This document shows, in pieces, positions 42,301 to 49,768 of a DNA stretch of 64,000 nucleotides (its first letter is position 1; each line of letters opens with the position of its first letter). The notes below the pieces were generated by a model. It saw only the letters and a list, made by a program, of their open reading frames with translations. It was not told the origin of the DNA and did not search any database. The stretch covers positions 133,279-197,278 of the forward strand of contig JAANOX010000121.1 of assembly GCA_020184695.1 (NCBI GenBank), read 5' to 3'. Made by a program: the position numbers and the translations under genes. This DNA is from Histomonas meleagridis 2922-C6/04-290x. Its lineage: Eukaryota > Protista > Parabasalia.

Positions 42301-43220
42301 ATAATGAATCACCAGAATTTTTATGGTTACCTAAAAATAGTGGAAAATTCCTTTTCATGCAAAAAGGTAATGAAATATTACAACAAATTTTAACGATAAA
42401 TATCGGATCAATAACTAAAAATAATATGGAATCGAAACGTTCTAACTTCATACAAATGTTATTTGGACAATGGTTAGAGAAACTTAATAATAATAATGTG
42501 ATAATTAACAATGAAAATAATATAAATTCTTTAATACATTTAATAATTTTGGATGAAATTAATTCAATTAATGAAACTAGAAATATTATAATTAATGATA
42601 TAAATGAAATTATTAATACTTTTAATAATAATAATATTTTGACTCAAAGATATTTAAATATTATTAATGATTTAGAAAGATCAATAATACCAAAAGATTG
42701 GAATCAACATAACTTTAATTGTAATAATTTAACAACATGGATTAATGACTTTTGTTTAAGAATTAATCATTTGAATGATATAATTAATAATAAAAATGAT
42801 AAAATTTGCCTTGGATTATTAAAATCACCTGAATCATTAATTAACGCAGCTAAACAAACTGCTGCTAATATTAATAAATGGCCAATCGAAAAAATTCGAA
42901 TGAAGATTTCGACTGATTTACAAAAAAGTAAAAACGAAAGTGAAATCACTATCACCGAATTACAAACATTAAACGCTAATTGGAATAAGAAGTGTTTGAT
43001 TCCTTCCGATGATGTAACGGGTAATATAAATGAGTTGTTAATCACGTGGACTATAGATGAATTAAATGAAAATGAAAATAATGTTTTGGTGCCTTGGTTC
43101 ATGACAAAGAATAAAAGTAGATTGGTGTTAGAGGTGGAAATGCCAGTAGATGAAAATAAATCGAAGTTATGGTGGACAGTAAGAAACCCTTCGATTATAT
43201 TGCAACCAAAAGGAATTTAA
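30357..43220 (+). CDS. DYNC1H1: Cytoplasmic dynein 1-type heavy chain
   Basis: 4287 aa; AAA1 [14 protein letters not shown]...[34 protein letters not shown] is the dynein-1 signature; AAA2 and AAA4 P-loops, stalk coiled coil with MTBD. Confidence 0.92.
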   Translation: [4287 protein letters not shown]

Positions 43221-43637
43221 TAAAATTTTTCATTCTTAAAAGAATTTTTCATATCAACTTGTTAATATTTCTTCAGATTAAGAAAATATAAGAAATCAAT
43301 TTTTGAAAATATTTTCAAGCATTTTGGCTTGATGTTTTGGATGAACCTAATGCATTTTGAATTACTCTTTTTTTTTTTTTAACTGTAAAATGGAAAAGGT
43401 AATGTCACTTTTTAACAAAATGACATGTTTTTATATCACATTTCAGATGCCCACACCCTTCTACAAATTTTTAAATGACCGATACATCATTTTGAAAAAA
43501 AGTTTTAATAAAAAGCTGTTCACCCATAAAAGGGACTTAATTTGAGAGTAACCGATATATATTTACAAAATTCCAAAGAAAGACGATGATTTTCCAAAGA
43601 ATTCATCCAGAATCAAGATTGCCCAGAAAGCCAGGAA

Positions 43638-44234
43638 ATGGACGACGAATTGAAGGTCAGAATACAATGGCTCCCTGGCGCAATCCTCCCTGTAGTTACG
43701 CGAAGCTCTTCCACCGCAGAGGAACTCTCAAATTCACTCCAATTTTCATGTTTTGAGCATGAAAAAGTATTTTTATTCCATAATGGAAATTTTTTAAATC
43801 CTTCAGAAACACTGGCGAGCCAGGGAATAAAAAAAGGAGATGTTATTGAATGTAAAATTGCCAGTCAAATAGATAAATTTGACGAATTATTTAAACGGGA
43901 AAATCAATCCATTGCAAGAGAAATGGCTCGTGTTTTAGATATGAGGACAGAAAAAATAGATGTCATTAAGGAGTTGGAAAAAACTGATGCAAATTCTTCA
44001 TCTGAGTACTCAGATTCGGATTTATACCAATTTTTGTTTTTAGACGGTAATGACCTTACAACTTCAAATGATATTTCAACAGAACCTCTTCCAATTATAT
44101 GGCAAAATTATGATGAATTCACACAGAACCAAGAAAACGTAAAATTAAACTTTGAACCAAACGTACAAGCCTCTCAAGAAAACGATAACTCTGATACATT
44201 GAATGATTGGAAGAAAGCGTTACCTGATGAGTAA
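43638..44234 (+). CDS. Ubiquitin-like domain protein
   Basis: N-terminal Ubl pattern (VRIQW...LFHNGNFLNPSETLASQGIKKGDVIEC) followed by an acidic region. Confidence 0.7.
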   Translation: MDDELKVRIQWLPGAILPVVTRSSSTAEELSNSLQFSCFEHEKVFLFHNGNFLNPSETLASQGIKKGDVIECKIASQIDKFDELFKRENQSIAREMARVLDMRTEKIDVIKELEKTDANSSSEYSDSDLYQFLFLDGNDLTTSNDISTEPLPIIWQNYDEFTQNQENVKLNFEPNVQASQENDNSDTLNDWKKALPDE

Positions 44235-44889
44235 TTTAATTGTCTATTTTTGTAAATTTGTTTTGTTACATTTGCTTTTGCTTTGAGAAAATAGATTTCC
44301 ATGATAGAAAGTTAATTTATTTCCACTTAGATGTGTACATTTCATATTGTGACATTAATTTATAACGACTAATTTCTTTTAATATATACAATATTTAGAA
44401 AAATTTTATGATTGATAATCAGCGTCTATTGGTTACATTGAAATGATTAAATAATAATTGTTGAGAGTAGTTACTCTAACTCAAAATTTACATAAATAAG
44501 CGTGAGTCATATTTATATTTGATTTCCATGATAGGATTTTTGGATGAATGTTAGCATGTTAAATTTTACCAATGATTGTATTTCAATTGATTGTAATCGT
44601 ATCATTCTACTTTTTGAATGGCTTTTGATCTGTTGTGAAACATTCAAATTAAAGACGGCACTTTTTATAACCGAATTATAGGGTTTAAGTTGCCGATTTT
44701 TCTGAATGAACGGGTGGTTATTTGAACTCAAAAAGTTAAAATTTCTGTGTCATATTTTTACAACCTCGTCGTTTTGTTCATCGTTTTGTAGTACGTTAAA
44801 TAGGAACGCAACCGCTCAAATTGAGAAGAAAATTGTGTGTTTTTCTTAGGAGCATCGTTTTTGACATATTTAAAAGTGGCATTAAAAAA

Positions 44890-47800
44890 ATGGTCCGAAT
44901 CTTTGCTCATCGCAATGGAGAAGAAGCCTCAGTTGTCATTACATTCCAAGGCAACATGGATGCACTTTTATCTGCAGCTTCAGAGAAACTTGGAGCAACA
45001 TTTACTCGCGCATTTCTTAAGAAAGGAGCAGAAATCACTGATCCTTCAGTTTTAGAAGCAGACGAAGATGTATTCTTTTCAACTGGTGCTGAGTTCATCG
45101 AACCAGCTAAACTTACAGAACGCGAAAGTCAAATCGTTCAATCAATTCAAACTAGAGTTAGACATAACATGATCTTTTATGTTAATGGAAAGAGATACGA
45201 AATCGAAAACCCAGATCCAGAAACTACACTTCTAGAATGGCTCAGAATCCAAGGTTATACATCTGTTAAAAAGCCATGTGGCGAAGGTGGTTGTGGTGGC
45301 TGCGCTGTTGCAGTTGCTGAATACGATACAAAAAGACAACGTGCACATCATTTTGCCGTTAATTCTTGCTTAGTTCCACTTCCTTTTGTTGATGGCTGTG
45401 CAATCACAACAGCTGAAGGTGTTGGCCAAATGGACCATCTTCATCGTATCCAAAAAGATCTTGCTGAAATGCATGGCACACAGTGTGGATTTTGCACTCC
45501 AGGTATTGTTACCACACTATATGCATTGTTCGCAGAAAATCCTGAAAGAACAATTGAAGAAATTAACGAAGCATTATCAACAAACCTTTGTCGTTGCACA
45601 GGTTATCGTCCAATTTTTGATGCAGCTCGTCGTTATGCAATTGATTTCGACAAATCAGCATTAGGAGAACTTACAACAACAGGTAGAGATATAGAAGAAA
45701 TAGAAAATGTTATTTCAACACGTGAACGTCCACTTGTTACACCTGATTTCCCAGAAGAACTTATCAACTTCCATACATTAGATCCACTTCTTGTCTCTGG
45801 CCCAGAATCAACATGGTTTGCACCATCCAACTTCGAACAAGTTAAAAAAGTTCGTGCTTCAGAAGGTGCACAATGCAGTTTTGTTAATGGTGCTACTGAT
45901 CTCAACTTTAAGAAATGCTACCACCCAGATATGGTATGGAGATTCATGTGCGGAACACGTCGTGTTGATGAACTCAAACAAATCACACCAGAAAAAGACG
46001 GAGTTTACTTTGGTGCTTCAGTATCTATCAATGAATTCGGTCAATATTGGGAAACATTAAAAGATGGTGAACAAGCATTACTTTCTAAGGCTATCACAAC
46101 AATTACAAAACAATTCGCTAACTATAACATTAGAAACATTGGTACAATCGGTGGTTCCCTTTGCGCTGGTGATGCACTTTCTGATCTTTGCCCAATCCTT
46201 ATGGGTCTTAATGCACAATGTAACATTGTTTCACTTAATGGCGAATCTCGTACAGTATCAGCACAAGACTTCGTACTCAAACGTGACTTGAAACCATCCG
46301 AAATCCTTTACACAGTATTTGTTCCATTCGTTAAACCAAATGATTTCGTTAAGTCATATAAGATATGTCGTCGTCGTGAAGATTCACAAGCACTTTGTAA
46401 TTGCTGCTTCAATATAACAATCGAAAACAAGAAAGTTACAGCTGCACATTTAGCAATTGGTGCTGTTGCTGCTAAGCAATATATTCCACAAGATGCATTA
46501 AATGCACTCGTAGGTAAAGAATGGAACTTCGCTACATATGAACAATTCCGTGATGATGTTCTTAAGGACCTTCAAGTATCAAATCGTGTCGGTCAAGCAC
46601 AACTTCGTCTTGATCTTGTTCGTGCATGCATCTACAAGTACTTCCTTTGGGTTCTTGATCGTATCCAAGGTAATATTCCAGCAAACATAATGAGCGCTTC
46701 TATTCCAACAGAACGTAAGCCACGTACATCTCATCAAGATTGGGAACAAAGAAAAGATAAAGTTCTTGGTCAACAACCACAACATATCTCTGCTTATGGA
46801 CATACAACAGGTGAAGCCAAATTTGTTGCTGATATTGACCCACCAGAGAAATGCGCATATGCGTATCCAGTTTTATCTACTAATGCACGTGCAGAAATAG
46901 AATCAATTGATGCTTCACAAGCACTTGCACTTGAAGGTGTTATTGCATTTGTTTCAGAAAAGGATATTCCAGGAGCAAAGAAGATATGTTCTATTCCACC
47001 AGCAGATGAAGATGTCTTTGCTATTGGTAGAGTCAATTTCTATGGTCAAGTCATTGGTGTTGTAGTTGCAGAAACAGAAAAGCTTGCCATCAAAGGTGCA
47101 CGTCTTGTTAAAGTCACATATAAGAACGCTGAGACACCAATTGTTACAATTTATGATGCACTTGATTATTACGAAAAACATAAAGAAACAGATAACATCC
47201 TTATGGTTGATCATCTTGGTCTTCATAAAGGTAATGTTAAAGAAGCTAAATGCAAATACGAAGTCACAGGTCAATCACATTTCAATAACCAAGAACACTT
47301 CTATCTCGAACCAAATTCAATGCTTGTTGTTCCACAAGGTACTGAAGGATGGAAGATATATGCAGCATGTCAAAACCCAGGAAAGATTCAAGACTCAGTT
47401 GCTGCAGTACTTAATGTTCCACGTAATATGATTCGCTGTGAAGTAATGCGTCTTGGTGGTGGCTTCGGTGGTAAACAAGATCGTCCACAATTCTATGCTG
47501 CACAAGCTGCAATGGCAAGTTATGTTACAAAGAGACCAATCAGACTCGTTATGCAAAGACAAGACGATATTTCCACAGCAGGTATGCGCCATGAATATGT
47601 AACTGATTATGATATTGGCTGTGATGAAAATGGAATGCTCACTAAGATGGACTTCCTTTATCATTCTAACGCTGGTTGGACAATGGATCTTTCACGTCTT
47701 GTTATGGACCGTACGCTTTACTCTGCAACTGGTGGTTACTCATGTCCAAACGTTAACTCATATGGTAACATATACCGTACAAACAAACTTTCATGCACTG

Positions 47801-49023
47801 CTTTCCGTGGCTTCGGTGTTCCACAATCTTTAATTGCAGTAGAAACTGCTATGGCCAAACTTGCACACACATTAGGCGTACGACCAGAAGAACTTAAAGA
47901 AAAGAACCTTTATCACAAAGGCGATAAGACACTCACTGGTTATGAACTTCCAGATGAAACAATCCGTCGTTGTTGGGAAGTTTGCAAGAAGTCATGTGAC
48001 TGGGATGCACGTGTTAAAGAAGTAGAAGAATTCAACAAGACACACGTCTACAAGAAGCGTGGCATTGCAATGACACCAGTTGTATCTACAATGGGCTTCG
48101 AATCAGAATTCATGATGAAGGGACAAGCACTTGTCCAAATATACGGCGATGGTTCTGTCACTGTATCACACGGCGGTATCGAAATGGGCCAAGGCATCCA
48201 CACGAAGATGGCAATGATTGCTGCCGAAACACTCGGAATCGACTACAGCTTCGTCAAAGTACTCCCAACAGCTACTGACAAGACAGCGAACATGCCTCCA
48301 ACAGCAGGTTCAACAGGCACAGATCTCCACGGCCGCGCTGTAGAGAATGCATGCAAAGAACTCAGAGAGCGCCTGCAGCCAATCAGAGACGAGCATCCAG
48401 ATTGGACGTGGCCGCAAGTCTGTGGTTACGCATACTTCAACAAGTTCGACATGCAGTCATCAGCATTCAACAAGATGCCGAACTCAGTCTATAACCACGA
48501 GACGCATGAAGGGCGCGAGTCATTCTATCTCATCTGGTCAGTCGCATTCAGCATGGTCGAAATTGACGTTCTCACAGGCGAACACGTACTCCTTAGGGCT
48601 GATCTTGTGCATGACTGCGGGTCATCAATCAATCCGGGCATTGATATTGGACAACTCGAAGGCGGCTTCGTGCAAGGCCAAGGCTTGTACACACTCGAAG
48701 AAATGATATGGGCGAAGGACGGACACATTCGAACAAGAAACGTCACCACTTATAAGATACCAACACTCGACGATATCCCAGACGACTTCAGAGTGACATT
48801 GCTTCATGATGACTATAACAATATGGGCGTTGTCGGATCTAAGGCTTCTGGCGAAGCAGGACTTCGTATGGGATGCTCAGTGCTTATGGCACTTCGTGAC
48901 GCTGTTACAGCAGCACGCGCACAATTCGGTGTAACTGAATGGTTCGATTTCGATTCACCAGCAACAATTGAAGTTATTCGTGAAAAGATCCCAGTGAAGT
49001 ACCTCGACCCAGAACAACATTAA
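44890..49023 (+). CDS. XDH: Xanthine dehydrogenase/aldehyde oxidase family molybdo-flavoenzyme with an extra N-terminal domain
   Basis: 2Fe-2S motifs CGEGGCGGC, QCGFCTPG, CRCTGYRPI; FAD domain; Moco motifs GGGFGGK, AFRGFG, EMGQG, GSTGTD, GQLEGGFVQG, SKASGE; ATG at 44890. Confidence 0.93.
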   Translation: MVRIFAHRNGEEASVVITFQGNMDALLSAASEKLGATFTRAFLKKGAEITDPSVLEADEDVFFSTGAEFIEPAKLTERESQIVQSIQTRVRHNMIFYVNGKRYEIENPDPETTLLEWLRIQGYTSVKKPCGEGGCGGCAVAVAEYDTKRQRAHHFAVNSCLVPLPFVDGCAITTAEGVGQMDHLHRIQKDLAEMHGTQCGFCTPGIVTTLYALFAENPERTIEEINEALSTNLCRCTGYRPIFDAARRYAIDFDKSALGELTTTGRDIEEIENVISTRERPLVTPDFPEELINFHTLDPLLVSGPESTWFAPSNFEQVKKVRASEGAQCSFVNGATDLNFKKCYHPDMVWRFMCGTRRVDELKQITPEKDGVYFGASVSINEFGQYWETLKDGEQALLSKAITTITKQFANYNIRNIGTIGGSLCAGDALSDLCPILMGLNAQCNIVSLNGESRTVSAQDFVLKRDLKPSEILYTVFVPFVKPNDFVKSYKICRRREDSQALCNCCFNITIENKKVTAAHLAIGAVAAKQYIPQDALNALVGKEWNFATYEQFRDDVLKDLQVSNRVGQAQLRLDLVRACIYKYFLWVLDRIQGNIPANIMSASIPTERKPRTSHQDWEQRKDKVLGQQPQHISAYGHTTGEAKFVADIDPPEKCAYAYPVLSTNARAEIESIDASQALALEGVIAFVSEKDIPGAKKICSIPPADEDVFAIGRVNFYGQVIGVVVAETEKLAIKGARLVKVTYKNAETPIVTIYDALDYYEKHKETDNILMVDHLGLHKGNVKEAKCKYEVTGQSHFNNQEHFYLEPNSMLVVPQGTEGWKIYAACQNPGKIQDSVAAVLNVPRNMIRCEVMRLGGGFGGKQDRPQFYAAQAAMASYVTKRPIRLVMQRQDDISTAGMRHEYVTDYDIGCDENGMLTKMDFLYHSNAGWTMDLSRLVMDRTLYSATGGYSCPNVNSYGNIYRTNKLSCTAFRGFGVPQSLIAVETAMAKLAHTLGVRPEELKEKNLYHKGDKTLTGYELPDETIRRCWEVCKKSCDWDARVKEVEEFNKTHVYKKRGIAMTPVVSTMGFESEFMMKGQALVQIYGDGSVTVSHGGIEMGQGIHTKMAMIAAETLGIDYSFVKVLPTATDKTANMPPTAGSTGTDLHGRAVENACKELRERLQPIRDEHPDWTWPQVCGYAYFNKFDMQSSAFNKMPNSVYNHETHEGRESFYLIWSVAFSMVEIDVLTGEHVLLRADLVHDCGSSINPGIDIGQLEGGFVQGQGLYTLEEMIWAKDGHIRTRNVTTYKIPTLDDIPDDFRVTLLHDDYNNMGVVGSKASGEAGLRMGCSVLMALRDAVTAARAQFGVTEWFDFDSPATIEVIREKIPVKYLDPEQH

Positions 49024-49113
49024 GTTAATCGTCTTCTTTTTTAGAATAAACAAAACAATATTTCATCTAATTTGTCTTTATAAAAGATTGGAACAAAGTC
49101 AGTCAAATAAGAA

Positions 49114-49698
49114 ATGGTGAAAATTTATTACATTCCGATTTTCGGAAAAGTTTTTGGTGGGAAAAGTGTTGTAGTGCGACAAATTATTGACTCCTTTGTC
49201 CAAAGACAAGATCTGCAAGTTGCGGGATACACGCAGCCAAGTGCTTTTGAAGACGGAGACCGAATTGGATACGATCTTACATTAATAAAAAATGACAGAA
49301 CACTCGAAACATACAAATTCGCACGTCTTGGGAAACATGCAAAGCCAGGAAAAATCCCATATATTTTTGAGCCAAGTGTTTTTGACGAAGTTTATAATAC
49401 TGCATGCTCAATTCATAGTAACGGAAAACCTGCAATTGTTTTCCTTGATGAAGTTGGAAGACTCGAAACTATGCAAAAACAAGGCCACCATAAATCAATC
49501 CTCAAATATATCGAAGTTTTTCAAAATGCTAAAAGCATGCATTTAATAATTACATACAACGAAAGAAGGAAAGATGAAACAGCAAAATACATGGATGAAA
49601 TTGGCGCAGAACAATCCACACTTTCATATGATAAATCAAATGAATCAATAACAGTTCAAGACTTTTGTAATCAAATTCTTGAGGAAGCACTTAAATAA
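49114..49698 (+). CDS. P-loop NTPase, THEP1/NTPase_1/DUF2478-like
   Basis: Walker A GKVFGGKS, GDRIGYDL, Walker B IVFLDEVGRLE. Confidence 0.8.
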   Translation: MVKIYYIPIFGKVFGGKSVVVRQIIDSFVQRQDLQVAGYTQPSAFEDGDRIGYDLTLIKNDRTLETYKFARLGKHAKPGKIPYIFEPSVFDEVYNTACSIHSNGKPAIVFLDEVGRLETMQKQGHHKSILKYIEVFQNAKSMHLIITYNERRKDETAKYMDEIGAEQSTLSYDKSNESITVQDFCNQILEEALK

Positions 49699-49768
49699 AT
49701 ACTATAAAATAGAAATTAAAAAAAATTTGAAACAATTTAAGTGTGATGAAGAGAGTTTATAAATTTAT

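Noticed and set aside
44821-44889. Additional 23 N-terminal codons of XDH
   Set aside because: Starts at TTG; the first ATG is at 44890.
30937-49546. Many short ORFs nested in or antisense to dynein, XDH and other long genes
   Set aside because: No motifs; expected by-products of biased codon usage.
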